In this document: piece after piece, positions 39,279 to 49,468 of the stretch
How positions within the stretch are numbered: position 1 is the stretch's first letter
Layout of the letters: each line of letters begins with the position of its first letter
Origin: Candidatus Heimdallarchaeota archaeon
GTDB lineage: Archaea > Asgardarchaeota > Heimdallarchaeia > Heimdallarchaeales > Heimdallarchaeaceae
Direction of reading: 5' to 3'
Length of the DNA: 63,122 bases
Assembly: GCA_018238545.1 (NCBI GenBank)
Contig: JABCTC010000021.1
Coordinates: 1-63,122, forward strand
Notes under the pieces: generated by a model
What the model was told of the DNA's origin: nothing
The model's database searches: none
Seen by the model: the letters and a program-made list of their open reading frames with translations, nothing else
Program-made: the position numbers and the translations under genes

Positions 39279-40580
39279 ATGTCAATAATGCCTACTGAAA
39301 CAGACAGAAATTTTAGTAATTCATCTATATTTGCTGATTTTCACATACACAGCTGTTTTAGTTATGCAACCTCAAAAAACATGACTATCCCCATGATTTC
39401 AAGGCTAAGTGATACAATTGGTTTGAATCTTATAGGGACTGGAGATATTTTACATTCCAAATGGAGAGAACATTTGAGGGAATACTTAAAGGTACATGAA
39501 GAAGGAATTTACGAGTGCAAGGAAAAGCAGAAGGTAATGTTCATTCCCACAGGTGAAATTGAGGATGAGGAGAGCATCCACCACCTTTTTTTCTTACCAG
39601 ATATTGAAACCGCTGATGAGTTATCGTTAATGTTTGAAAGACGATACAAAATTGATATGAACAAATATGGAGGCAGACCTATTCTACAAGTTAACGCTGA
39701 AGAGTTAGTTGAGATTATTCATGATTATGGAGGAATTATCGGTCCAGCTCATGCTTTTACTCCTTTCAAAGCTATCTTCCGTTCAAATAGATATTCTAGC
39801 CTTAAGGAATGTTATGGAGATCAAGCGAGTAAAATAGATTTTGTTGAATTAGGATTGTCTGCAAATAGTCAAATGGCTGATCAGATATCAGAGCTTTGGA
39901 ATTATACATACATAACTAATTCTGATAGTCACTCACCAAACCCAGGGAAAATGGGAAGAGAATGTAATGTCATTGATATTGATTCATTGAATTATACTAA
40001 TATCACAAATATTCTAAGAAGAAAGGATTTGAAAAAAATTATCGCAAATGTGGGTTTGGAACCAAGATTAGGCAAATATCATAGTTCTTTTTGTTTTAAG
40101 TGTAGAAGAAGAATTAGATACGATGAAGAAGTCAAAATGACTTTTAACCAAAATTTTATTTTCTTTGATTTACAAGTTCAGGAAGAGTTGATTGAGGATA
40201 TAACTAATAAGAAAAAACGATGTCCTGTTTGCAATGGCTTGCTTAAATTGGGTGTAAAAGACAGGATTAATTCAATATCTACAACTAAAAAAGAGAATAG
40301 AAATCGTCCAAACTATTGGAACATTGTTCCGATTCCAGAGATATTAGCGGAAATATTCAAATTAAAGAGTACAAAAGCAAAAAAAGTTAAAACAGCATAC
40401 AAGGAGATAACATCTAAACTTGGCAGCGAGTACGAGATTCTGCTTGAAAAACCTATCTCAGAAATTAAGAGTATTAATTCATCTTTAGGAAAAGTCATCA
40501 AAAAAATGAGGGAAAATAAATTGGAAATCGTTGAAGGAGGAGGAGGAATATACGGAAAATTAAAACTTCCTCCAAATTAG
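39279..40580 (+). CDS. endonuclease Q / TIGR00375 PHP-domain protein
   Basis: DFHIHS, GTGD, GPAHAFTP, ELGLS, NSDSHS, GKYH, Zn-finger, GGGGIYG. Confidence 0.88.
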   Translation: MSIMPTETDRNFSNSSIFADFHIHSCFSYATSKNMTIPMISRLSDTIGLNLIGTGDILHSKWREHLREYLKVHEEGIYECKEKQKVMFIPTGEIEDEESIHHLFFLPDIETADELSLMFERRYKIDMNKYGGRPILQVNAEELVEIIHDYGGIIGPAHAFTPFKAIFRSNRYSSLKECYGDQASKIDFVELGLSANSQMADQISELWNYTYITNSDSHSPNPGKMGRECNVIDIDSLNYTNITNILRRKDLKKIIANVGLEPRLGKYHSSFCFKCRRRIRYDEEVKMTFNQNFIFFDLQVQEELIEDITNKKKRCPVCNGLLKLGVKDRINSISTTKKENRNRPNYWNIVPIPEILAEIFKLKSTKAKKVKTAYKEITSKLGSEYEILLEKPISEIKSINSSLGKVIKKMRENKLEIVEGGGGIYGKLKLPPN

Positions 40581-42754
40581 CAAGAATGATTTATATCTAT
40601 TTGACTGTTTGATACTTCGTCTCTGAGATTGTTCAAAGTAATCTTGACATCTAATGCAGAGACACCTAATCCTTCCTCATAGACGAAGAAGGGGTTAATA
40701 TCTATTTCTTGTATTTCACTGAAGTCATTTACCAACAACGCTATTCTCAGAAGTGTATCAATTACCGCCTCTATATCTGAAGGAGCTTCACCACGTACAC
40801 CTTTCAGAAGAGTGTAAACTTTAGTTTTCTCAAGCATCGCTTTTGCCTCCAATTTTGATAATGGGGCTAAACCAAATGCAACATCTTTGAAATAGTTTGT
40901 ATAAACTCCACCCATTCCTACTATAACTAATGAACCAAATTGAGGATCTTTTGTAGAACCTACAATTAGCTCGCGACCAACTTTCTCCATTTTCTGAACA
41001 TCTATAGCTAATAATTTTGATTCAGGATGATGCTTCTTAGCGCTTTTCATTATCTCCTCAAAAATAGCAAGAGCTTCTTCTCTATTCTTTATGTTTAGTT
41101 TAACTCCCCCGATATCTGTTTTATGAATAATATCTGGACTAGTAATCTTCATTACTACCGGGAAACCTATTTTCTCTGCTAGATTAGCTGCTTCTTCAGC
41201 TGTTCTTGCTAATCTGGTATCTGGTGTATAAATTCCATATGCCCTTGCAACCTCGATGGCTTCTGTTCCAAGTAAGGTTACCCTGTCATCTAATCTCACC
41301 TTCTGAAAAATAGTAATCACCTTATCTTTGTCAACATCAAACCTAGGAATATCATCTTTGGCTGCTCTTTTCCTTATCTTTGAATATTCTACCAAAGAAG
41401 CCATGGCTTTTACACCACGTTCAGGATGAGGAAAACAAGGAATTCTATGTTTCTTTAGATAGTAAATACTTGGTCCCAATAATTCTCCTCCTATGAATAC
41501 AGAGATGATTGGTTTTTCTGGATACTTACTTTTCAGCTCTACTATTTTATCTGCTGTTTCTTGACCTTCAGTCATAGCTTGAGGGGTTAGTATAATTATT
41601 ACCCCATCTACAGCATCATCTTGTAAGGATAATTCCAGAACCTTCTCATAATCTTCAGCTTGTGCAGTTCCAAGTGCATCTATTGGATTATTGAAGTTTG
41701 CAGCTGAAGGTAAGAACGCTTTCATTTTCGATTTAATCTCTGGTGAAATTGTTGCCAATTCTAGACCAAATTTCTCTGCTGCATCAGTAGCAAGAATACC
41801 TGGACCCCCAGCATTTGTAATGATGACTATTTTATTACCGCTTGGAATTGGCATATAACTGAAAGCAAATGCCATATCAAAGAGCTCTTGTGTAGTATTA
41901 GCTCTAATCACACCACATTTCTCAAATGCAACATCGTATGTTGTATCTTCTCCTGTCATACTTCCTGTATGTGATGAAGCTGCTCTTGCACCTGCTTCTG
42001 ATCTTCCTGCTTTAAGTACTATAACGGGTTTCTTTTTAGTAACCTCTCGGCAAACTTTCATAAACTCAGGACCACGACTTATGCTTTCAAGATATGCTAA
42101 AATACCTAAAGTTTGTTCATCATCAGCTAAAGCGTCAATGAAATCTGTTTCATCTAAATCAGCTTTATTTCCAAGTGAAACGAAACTTGAGTATCCTATA
42201 CCTTCCGCGCAGCTCCAATCCAAAATTCCAGTTAACAAAGCACCACTCTGACTTAAGAATGCTACTTCACCCTTAATTGGAGATCTTTCTGCGAAACTTG
42301 CATTCATAGGAGCTGACGTATCTATAATACCAAGAATGTTTGGACCTACAACTCGTATTCCATACTTTTGAGCAATTTCAACAATTTTCTTCTCTAGTTG
42401 AGCACCTTTTGAACCAGTTTCTTTGAATCCTGCTGTAATAATAGCAGCATAATTTACACCTTTCTGACCTAATTCTTCCATTAATTGAGGAATAAATCTA
42501 GGAGGGATACATATTACAGCCAAGTCAATATGATCAACAATTTCAGTTATATTTGAATAAACCTTGACCCCCTCTATTTCCCCGTATTGATCAGCTTTAG
42601 GATTGATTGCATAAAGTCTTCCTTTAAAACCGCTTAATATCATGTTTTTTAAAGCAGCGTAACCAACTTTTTTTTTATCTGGACTAGCACCGACGATAGC
42701 AACACTATCTGGATGTAGCAACTTATCTAACTTCTTTAATGACAGTAAAGGCAC
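40577..42754 (-). CDS. ADP-forming acetate-CoA ligase, fused alpha/beta
   Basis: VGAS..KVG, GPN, SQSGA, SHTG phospho-His, HKTDIGGV, DINP. Confidence 0.9.
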   Translation of the reverse strand: MPLLSLKKLDKLLHPDSVAIVGASPDKKKVGYAALKNMILSGFKGRLYAINPKADQYGEIEGVKVYSNITEIVDHIDLAVICIPPRFIPQLMEELGQKGVNYAAIITAGFKETGSKGAQLEKKIVEIAQKYGIRVVGPNILGIIDTSAPMNASFAERSPIKGEVAFLSQSGALLTGILDWSCAEGIGYSSFVSLGNKADLDETDFIDALADDEQTLGILAYLESISRGPEFMKVCREVTKKKPVIVLKAGRSEAGARAASSHTGSMTGEDTTYDVAFEKCGVIRANTTQELFDMAFAFSYMPIPSGNKIVIITNAGGPGILATDAAEKFGLELATISPEIKSKMKAFLPSAANFNNPIDALGTAQAEDYEKVLELSLQDDAVDGVIIILTPQAMTEGQETADKIVELKSKYPEKPIISVFIGGELLGPSIYYLKKHRIPCFPHPERGVKAMASLVEYSKIRKRAAKDDIPRFDVDKDKVITIFQKVRLDDRVTLLGTEAIEVARAYGIYTPDTRLARTAEEAANLAEKIGFPVVMKITSPDIIHKTDIGGVKLNIKNREEALAIFEEIMKSAKKHHPESKLLAIDVQKMEKVGRELIVGSTKDPQFGSLVIVGMGGVYTNYFKDVAFGLAPLSKLEAKAMLEKTKVYTLLKGVRGEAPSDIEAVIDTLLRIALLVNDFSEIQEIDINPFFVYEEGLGVSALDVKITLNNLRDEVSNSQIDINHSC

Positions 42755-42831
42755 CTACATGAGCCAAATTTAGAAAGATTTTAAGTTTGTCGTTACGAAG
42801 TTAGTTTGCTCTGCTCAAATAGATGAGTAAA

Positions 42832-43581
42832 TTATTCCCAAGCTAAATTATTTTGTTCGTCCTCAGATTTCCCTAAGAGTACTTCTTCATCTATCATGTG
42901 TTGAACTGCTAGAATTTGTGATATTACGGCAAAAAGATCTAATCCTTCTTGGTAAATTGCTATTTTCTTATCAACAAGCTCATTTGGAATATTTTCTATT
43001 TCTCCGTGGGGATAAGCACCAAAGATAAGCAAAGGATTAGTTGCATTATATATTTTTTTAGAGTATTTCGTAGAAGATAATCGTTCTCCTTTGACACTGA
43101 ATTCAACAACGATATCGTGATTGTTTCGTAATTCCTTAATTAAATCTGAGAGACTCAACTCTCTGAGAGACATCAATGGGGCATCTGACTCAGGGGATAT
43201 TGATTTTTCTTTGAACAATTGCAAAATTAAACCTTTAAAACGATCGATATTCTTTGGAAGTCTTATTTCGGGATTTAGCTCGATTACCTTATTTTGATTG
43301 GTGTGAATAATGACGCGAAGGCGCTGTTCACGAGCCATAATGGAACCACAACAAGATAGAAGAGTAAAGTGAACTATGTCTGGTCTACCTCTTTTTTGAG
43401 CATTTTGTAAATCTTTCATAAAATTACTGTGATAACTAGCATCAAGTATTACTTCTTGTGGGGTTTTTTTTAATTTAGAGAGATATTGTCTAACTTCTAC
43501 AGTCTTCAACAGTTCCTCAGGAAAGATTTCAAGGGAAGATTCAGCAAGTAAAATAGTTAGGAATTTCGCCATGACACTCAA
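42832..43581 (-). CDS. nep1: Nep1/Emg1 rRNA pseudouridine N1-methyltransferase
   Basis: LAESSLE, KRGRPDIVH, RLPKNIDRFKGL, GAYPHG. Confidence 0.9.
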   Translation of the reverse strand: MSVMAKFLTILLAESSLEIFPEELLKTVEVRQYLSKLKKTPQEVILDASYHSNFMKDLQNAQKRGRPDIVHFTLLSCCGSIMAREQRLRVIIHTNQNKVIELNPEIRLPKNIDRFKGLILQLFKEKSISPESDAPLMSLRELSLSDLIKELRNNHDIVVEFSVKGERLSSTKYSKKIYNATNPLLIFGAYPHGEIENIPNELVDKKIAIYQEGLDLFAVISQILAVQHMIDEEVLLGKSEDEQNNLAWE

Positions 43582-43675
43582 GATTAATTGTCAGTGGTTC
43601 TTTTTCAACTTTACTACTAATATTGGTAAATAGTCAAACCAAAATTCCTAAAAAGGCACTACAAAATTTGAATCA

Positions 43676-44371
43676 ATGAGAAATTGCTTTTTAGTTGAAT
43701 ACAAAAGTTTAGAGTACCGTAAATCTCTAGATTTACAAAAACAACTCAGAGAAAGGAAAGAAAGCAATAGAGATTTTGATGATTTTTTACTTGTTCTGCA
43801 ACACAATCATGTTTTTACAATTGGTAGGAAAGGTAGCAAGGAGGACATTCTAGCACCAGAAAATCTTCTAAAGGAAGAAGGAATAGATGTTGTTAATGTA
43901 AAAAGGGGAGGAGAGGTTACCTATCATGGACCAGGTCAGTTGATTGGTTACCTGCATCTAAATTTATCCAGAGCTAATTTGAGTGTGGACCAATTTGTGT
44001 GGAACATGGAAGAAGTGCTAATACAGCTTTTAGATATCTACGGAATCAAAGGATGGAGATTGGAAGGTTATCCTGGTGTTTGGATTAATCACCAAGCACG
44101 TAAATGGAAAATCGCATCTATTGGTGCAAGGGCTTCAAAAATGATCTCATCTCATGGATTAGCACTAAACATTAATACTGACATGGAACACTTCCAAATG
44201 ATAGTTCCTTGTGGAATAACTAAATTCAGCCCAATTTCCATGAAACAGGTTCTTGAAAAAACATTAAGCATAACTGAAATATATAATAAATTCGAACAAT
44301 CATTTGAGAAAATCTTCAAAATGAAACTAGTAAAAATAGCATCAGATAAACTTGAAGAGATGATAAAATAA
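43676..44371 (+). CDS. lipB: octanoyltransferase LipB
   Basis: HVFTIGR, RGGEVTYHGPGQ, KIASIG, HGLALN, IVPCG. Confidence 0.93.
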   Translation: MRNCFLVEYKSLEYRKSLDLQKQLRERKESNRDFDDFLLVLQHNHVFTIGRKGSKEDILAPENLLKEEGIDVVNVKRGGEVTYHGPGQLIGYLHLNLSRANLSVDQFVWNMEEVLIQLLDIYGIKGWRLEGYPGVWINHQARKWKIASIGARASKMISSHGLALNINTDMEHFQMIVPCGITKFSPISMKQVLEKTLSITEIYNKFEQSFEKIFKMKLVKIASDKLEEMIK

Positions 44372-45258
44372 TGCCCAGACTTCGTAAGCCAGAATGGATG
44401 AGAATAGGAAACATGGACAGAGAAAAGATTCGTGAAGTACAATCAATACTTCGAAAACTGAAACTTCACACTGTATGTGAAGAATCTATGTGTCCAAACA
44501 TTGGAAAATGTTTTGAGAAAAAAACCGCTACTTTCTTAGTGATGGGAGATATTTGCACTCGTAATTGTAAATTCTGCGATATTAAGTTTGGAAAACCTGG
44601 TTCTTTAGATGAGGAGGAGCCCCAGCACATTTTAGAAGCGGCAAAAAAACTGAGTTTAAGACACATAGTCATTACCTCAGTTACAAGAGATGACTTACCA
44701 GATGGTGGCGCAGCTCATTATGCTAGAATAACAAAAAAACTGAGAGAATACGATGAAAATCTGATAATTGAACTTCTTATTCCTGATTTGAAAGGAAAAG
44801 AGGAAGATATACAAACAATAGTTGATACAAAACCAGATATTATCAACCATAATGTTGAGGTTGTACCAAGGTTATTCAGAAAAATAACCCCACAATCAAA
44901 TTATGAAACATCACTTAAATTACTGAAACTCGTTAAAGAATTTGATCCCAGTATATTCACAAAATCTGGTATGATGGTTGGGTTAGGTGAAACAAAGCAA
45001 GAAGTGTTTGATGTTATGAAGGATTTAAGAGAGGTCAATTGCGATATACTTACAATAGGACAGTATCTTAAACCACCAAGCTCGAATTTAGAGATCGAAG
45101 AATATGTTCATCCTGAGATATTCAAGGAATATGAAGAATTAGCATATAATATGGGTTTCAAATTCGTTGCTTCAGCACCGTTTGTAAGAAGTTCATTTAA
45201 TGCAGAAGAAGCAGATTTCTTGTTTGAAACTAACAATGTTGCAGAAGAAAAGATTTAA
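44371..45258 (+). CDS. lipA: lipoyl synthase LipA
   Basis: CEESMCPNIGKC, CTRNCKFC, RSSF. Confidence 0.95.
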   Translation: MPRLRKPEWMRIGNMDREKIREVQSILRKLKLHTVCEESMCPNIGKCFEKKTATFLVMGDICTRNCKFCDIKFGKPGSLDEEEPQHILEAAKKLSLRHIVITSVTRDDLPDGGAAHYARITKKLREYDENLIIELLIPDLKGKEEDIQTIVDTKPDIINHNVEVVPRLFRKITPQSNYETSLKLLKLVKEFDPSIFTKSGMMVGLGETKQEVFDVMKDLREVNCDILTIGQYLKPPSSNLEIEEYVHPEIFKEYEELAYNMGFKFVASAPFVRSSFNAEEADFLFETNNVAEEKI

Positions 45259-45293
45259 AAGAAAAAAATAGAGAATCGAACAAAGAAAAGATA

Positions 45294-45424
45294 GGGGCAT
45301 TAGCTCAGCCCGGTTAGAAGTTGAATGGTTGTGTACCATTAACTAACATGCGACTGGCTCATAGCTAATACCATTTCGGTGAGAAACCAGTTGGTCGGTG
45401 GTTCGAATCCGCCATGCCCCACCA
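45294..45424 (+). tRNA. tRNA(CAT), probably Ile2, with two introns (45319-45349 in the D-arm; 45364-45385 at 37/38)
   Basis: GGGGCAT/ATGCCCC acceptor; both inserts form BHB motifs (GTTA/TAAC and CTCA/TGAG helices); removing both gives a 78-nt cloverleaf; GGG start fits Ile2 rather than Met. Confidence 0.88.
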
Positions 45425-45547
45425 ACTTTTTTTTAAAAAAATATATACAAACTTTTTTTGTTCAAAGTTAAAATATATAAAATGTTCTAACCACAATTCT
45501 TTATTATACACTAAGAAATTGTATATAATTGTAGAAGGTGAATAAAT

Positions 45548-46480
45548 TTGGACGCAGTTTTCAGTAAAGTTGTTGAAGATATTCGTGATTTACGCATTCA
45601 AGGAGCTACAAACATCGCAATTGAAGGGATTAAAGCCTTTTCTGCATTAACAGAACGTCTTGAAGTCTCGACACTAGATAACCTTTTTTCAGAGTTAGAA
45701 AAAGCTCGTCAAGTTTTAGCCACAGCTAGAGCTACCGAACCAGCCCTTAGAAATGGGTTGAGATATATTATTTACAACTTGCGCGAGAAAGCATCCTCCA
45801 TACAAGACGCTAAAGAAATTGTAAACACTTTCTCTTTAGACTATGTGAATTTGCTTAAAGAATCTAAAAAGAAAGTCATTTCTTATGGCGCTCACAGAAT
45901 AAAAGATGGAAGTATAATTATGACACATTGTCATTCTTCTCTTTCAACAGGCATTGTTCTTGAAGCACATCGTCAAGGAAAAGATATGCAAGTATTCTGC
46001 ACTGAAACTCGTCCTCGTTATCAAGGACGTATAACTGCAAAGGAATTTGTTGATGCTGGAATAACTACAACACAAGTTGTAGACAGTGCAATGAGATGGG
46101 TAATTAATAGATATAACGTAGATATCGTTATTACTGGTGCAGATGCCATCACAAGTCAAGGAACTGTAATAAACAAGATTGGAACTAGATTATTGGCTTT
46201 AGCTGCACGAGAAATGGACGTTCCATTCTATACTGCAATTAATCTTCTCAAATATGATCCGGAGACAAGTATTGGTAAGCTTTCAGAGATTGAAATGCGT
46301 TCAGCTTCTGAAATATGGGATGATCCTCCAAAAGGATTAAACCTCCTAAATCCAGCTTTTGAAACCGTATCTCATGACTTAATTGATGGAATAATCTCTG
46401 AGGCAGGTGTGTTTTCACCTGCTGTTGTATATTTAATAGTGAAAGAGAAGTATCCATTTATGATGATAAACGAAGAATGA
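45548..46480 (+). CDS. ribose-1,5-bisphosphate isomerase (eIF2B-like family)
   Basis: IQGATNIA, RATEP, THCHS, ETRP, GADAI, NKIGT, NPAFE; adjacent to RuBisCO. Confidence 0.88.
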   Translation: MDAVFSKVVEDIRDLRIQGATNIAIEGIKAFSALTERLEVSTLDNLFSELEKARQVLATARATEPALRNGLRYIIYNLREKASSIQDAKEIVNTFSLDYVNLLKESKKKVISYGAHRIKDGSIIMTHCHSSLSTGIVLEAHRQGKDMQVFCTETRPRYQGRITAKEFVDAGITTTQVVDSAMRWVINRYNVDIVITGADAITSQGTVINKIGTRLLALAAREMDVPFYTAINLLKYDPETSIGKLSEIEMRSASEIWDDPPKGLNLLNPAFETVSHDLIDGIISEAGVFSPAVVYLIVKEKYPFMMINEE

Positions 46481-46512
46481 ATATATTATGATTAAATTAA
46501 AAGGCAATTATT

Positions 46513-47763
46513 ATGAAAAATGAATACAAAGAATTACTTGTTGGTCGATATTATGTCGAACACGTAGATAGTGTTGCGAAAGCAGCAGAAGAAGTTTGTG
46601 ACGAAGAATCAGTTGGAACATGGACTGATTTGCGCACTACTGAAGGAAAACCTCATGTTGCTAGACTTCGAGCAGAAGTATTAGATACCAAAGTTTTCAA
46701 TGATCACGAAGGTTATCAAAGCGGTGAAGTTACCATAGGCTTTCAAACCGAAACTTTTGATATGGAAGCAGGAATCACAAGCATCCTTTCTATGCTTGCT
46801 GGAAACCTGTTTGGCCTAGGAGCATTAAGAAATATCCGATGGCTAGATGTCGATTTTCCAAGATCAATAGCTGAATACTTCCCCGGTCCTAAATTTGGTG
46901 TTGAAGGTGTCAGAAAAATAATTGGTACAGACAAAGGAGAATTTCCAAACCGCCCTCACATCGGTACAATTGTTAAACCAAAGATGGGATTAACAGCACA
47001 AGAATGGGCTGATGTAGCCTATGATGCAGCTGTTGGTGGGGTTGATTTCATTAAGGATGACGAAAATTTAAGTTCTCAACCATTCTGTCCTATTGGTGAT
47101 CGTACAATAAAGGTTTTAGAAAGGCTAGATCAGGTTAAAGAAGAAACGGGAAGAACTGTAATTCACGCAGTGAATGTAACAGCTAAACACAATGTGATGT
47201 GGGAAAGGATAGAAGAAGCATTGGACAATGGAGCTAAATGCTTGATGATTGATGTTATCCTTACTGGATTCCAAGAACTTGCTGATATGGCAAGAGACCC
47301 AGGAATCAAAGTTCCAATTCATGTTCATCGAACAATGCATGCAGCTTTTACTCGAAACCCCCTACATGGGATTTCTATGTTACCAATTGCGAAAATAGTT
47401 CGTATGGCTGGTGGAGACCAACTTCATATTGGTTCGTATGGGCAAGGTAAAATGAACATCGATCTTGAACTTGAACTTAAACTAAAAGATTCGCTCCTTA
47501 ACCCAATGTATGAATTCAAACAAGTTTTCCCAACTGCATCTGGAGGATTATATCCTGCTAAAATCCCTAATTTAGTGAAGCATGGCGGAAACAATGTCAT
47601 TATACAAGCTGGTGGAGGCATTCATGGCCATCCTGATGGAACTCTAAAGGGAGCTATGGCAATGCGTCAGGCTCTTGATGCAACATTAAAAGGAATATCT
47701 TTAGAAGAATATGCTAAAGATCATGTTGAATTAGCTAAATCTCTTGAAAAATGGGGTAAATAA
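46513..47763 (+). CDS. rbcL: RuBisCO form III large subunit
   Basis: GTWT, GNLFG, KPKMG, DFIKDDE, HVHR..HA, GKM, SGG, GGGIHGHP. Confidence 0.9.
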   Translation: MKNEYKELLVGRYYVEHVDSVAKAAEEVCDEESVGTWTDLRTTEGKPHVARLRAEVLDTKVFNDHEGYQSGEVTIGFQTETFDMEAGITSILSMLAGNLFGLGALRNIRWLDVDFPRSIAEYFPGPKFGVEGVRKIIGTDKGEFPNRPHIGTIVKPKMGLTAQEWADVAYDAAVGGVDFIKDDENLSSQPFCPIGDRTIKVLERLDQVKEETGRTVIHAVNVTAKHNVMWERIEEALDNGAKCLMIDVILTGFQELADMARDPGIKVPIHVHRTMHAAFTRNPLHGISMLPIAKIVRMAGGDQLHIGSYGQGKMNIDLELELKLKDSLLNPMYEFKQVFPTASGGLYPAKIPNLVKHGGNNVIIQAGGGIHGHPDGTLKGAMAMRQALDATLKGISLEEYAKDHVELAKSLEKWGK

Positions 47764-47926
47764 CCCCCTCTTTTTGATTTGATAAAATGTTTATTTTCAA
47801 GCATCTTGAATAACAATTGATTTAGTTCTATAACATTAGATTCATAAAATTAACCAGACTATTCCCATTGGGTATTGAACAGAAAAATTAAAAATAGGAA
47901 GGAAATCATTGAGTGTAGTTAGGTAT

Positions 47927-48001
47927 GCGCTAATAGTCTAATGGCCATGACTTCGGCCTTCCAAGTCGACGATCCGGGTTCGATTCCCGGTTGGCGCACC
48001 A
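47927..48001 (+). tRNA. tRNA-Gly(TCC)
   Basis: GCGCTAA/TTGGCGC acceptor, TCGGC-CTTCCAA-GTCGA, CCA. Confidence 0.95.
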
Positions 48002-48043
48002 ACAATTAAATATAAAAACAGCATGTATAAAATAGTTTAATCT

Positions 48044-48118
48044 GCACGTGTAGTCTAGTTGGTAGGACTCAGCCCTGCCACGGCTGGAACCCGGGTTCGA
48101 ATCCCGGCGCGTGCACCA
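48044..48118 (+). tRNA. tRNA-Gly(GCC)
   Basis: GCACGTG/CGCGTGC acceptor, CAGCC-CTGCCAC-GGCTG, CCA. Confidence 0.95.
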
Positions 48119-48226
48119 ACTTTTGTTTTTAAATTACTTATATATTGCAAAAAATGTAATACCGACGAGTCTTCTCGGTCATATTTGTTTTGTTATTTCT
48201 TCGTTCAAAAGCTTTAATGATAACAT

Positions 48227-49411
48227 ATGAGTGAACACTTTATATTTAATTTTCCTGAGGAAGAGGAAGAGGAAGAGAAAGAGGAAGAGGAGGAGCAATC
48301 ATCATTTGATACTGATTCATATGAAAGTGATGCTACAGATAAAGAATTAGAGGAATTATTACAAAAACAAGAGGAGCCTCAAGATCGCTTCTCGAGTAAT
48401 TCTGTTGATTCATATATCCAAAAAGTTCTACGTAATAATAGAATCCTTGGTATAGGTGTCGGTGGCGCCGGATCTAATGCAATAAATAATATTATGACAC
48501 GTGAAGGTATAGTTGGGGCTACAACAGTTGCAGTCAATACTGACGCGCGCCATCTCTTAAGTACAAAAGCAGAACGAAAACTGCTTATTGGTAGAGAACT
48601 TACTAATGGAACTGGAGCCGGTAATGATCCAAATATTGGAAGAGCTGCTGCTGAAGAGAATGAAGAAGATATTCGAGAACTTGTAAGAGGAAACGATTTA
48701 GTGTTTGTTGCATGCGGTTTGGGTAAAGGAACAGGTACAGGGGCAGCTCCTTTTATTGCAAAAATTGCTCAAGATGAAGGGTGTCTAGTAGTAAGTGTGT
48801 GCACATTACCCTTTGCATCTGAAGGGCAATCAAAAATGGATTCTGCTTTAGAAGGGTTAAATGCACTAGATGCACATTCAAATACAATAATTATTGTTCC
48901 AAATGAAAAACTGCTTATGTATGCGCCAGATTTTACTCTTTGGGATGCTTTCAAACTAGCTGACGATGTTTTAATCAACGCAATTGTTGGATTGACAGAA
49001 CTCATAGTTCTTCCAGCAAGAGTAAATGTTGACTTCGCAGACACAAAGAAGATTCTTAGAAGAAGTGGTCCTGCAGTTATTGGTGTGGGTAGAGGAAAAG
49101 GAGAAAATAGAGCAATTCAAGCTATTACTAATGCACTATCAAACCCTCTATTGGATATTGATATATCATCCTCCACAGGAGCACTTGTGAATATCAAAGC
49201 AAATAGAAATATTTCAATGACTGAGGTTGATACAATCACAACAATGATTACTGATCAAATTCATCAAAAGGCAGAATTTGTATGGGGATGTAACATTGAT
49301 GAAACCATGCCAGATGATGAGATAGGCGTAACTGTAGTTATTGCTGAAGTTAAAACTTCACACTTAAATCAACCAGAAGATATCACAATAGAAGCTCTTT
49401 GGAGAGATTAA
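48227..49411 (+). CDS. ftsZ: cell division protein FtsZ with an acidic N-terminal extension
   Basis: GVGGAGSN, NTD, GAGNDP, GLGKGTGTG, PFASEG, NVDFAD. Confidence 0.92.
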   Translation: MSEHFIFNFPEEEEEEEKEEEEEQSSFDTDSYESDATDKELEELLQKQEEPQDRFSSNSVDSYIQKVLRNNRILGIGVGGAGSNAINNIMTREGIVGATTVAVNTDARHLLSTKAERKLLIGRELTNGTGAGNDPNIGRAAAEENEEDIRELVRGNDLVFVACGLGKGTGTGAAPFIAKIAQDEGCLVVSVCTLPFASEGQSKMDSALEGLNALDAHSNTIIIVPNEKLLMYAPDFTLWDAFKLADDVLINAIVGLTELIVLPARVNVDFADTKKILRRSGPAVIGVGRGKGENRAIQAITNALSNPLLDIDISSSTGALVNIKANRNISMTEVDTITTMITDQIHQKAEFVWGCNIDETMPDDEIGVTVVIAEVKTSHLNQPEDITIEALWRD

Positions 49412-49468
49412 TTCTCCACTTCTCAATTTATTTTTAGGTTTTTATGCTTTCATTACGGTTTATTATTA

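Noticed and set aside
46513-47763. Calvin cycle or form IV RuBisCO-like protein
   Set aside because: No PRK or small subunit; the catalytic motif is intact and the R15P isomerase neighbour points to form III nucleoside salvage
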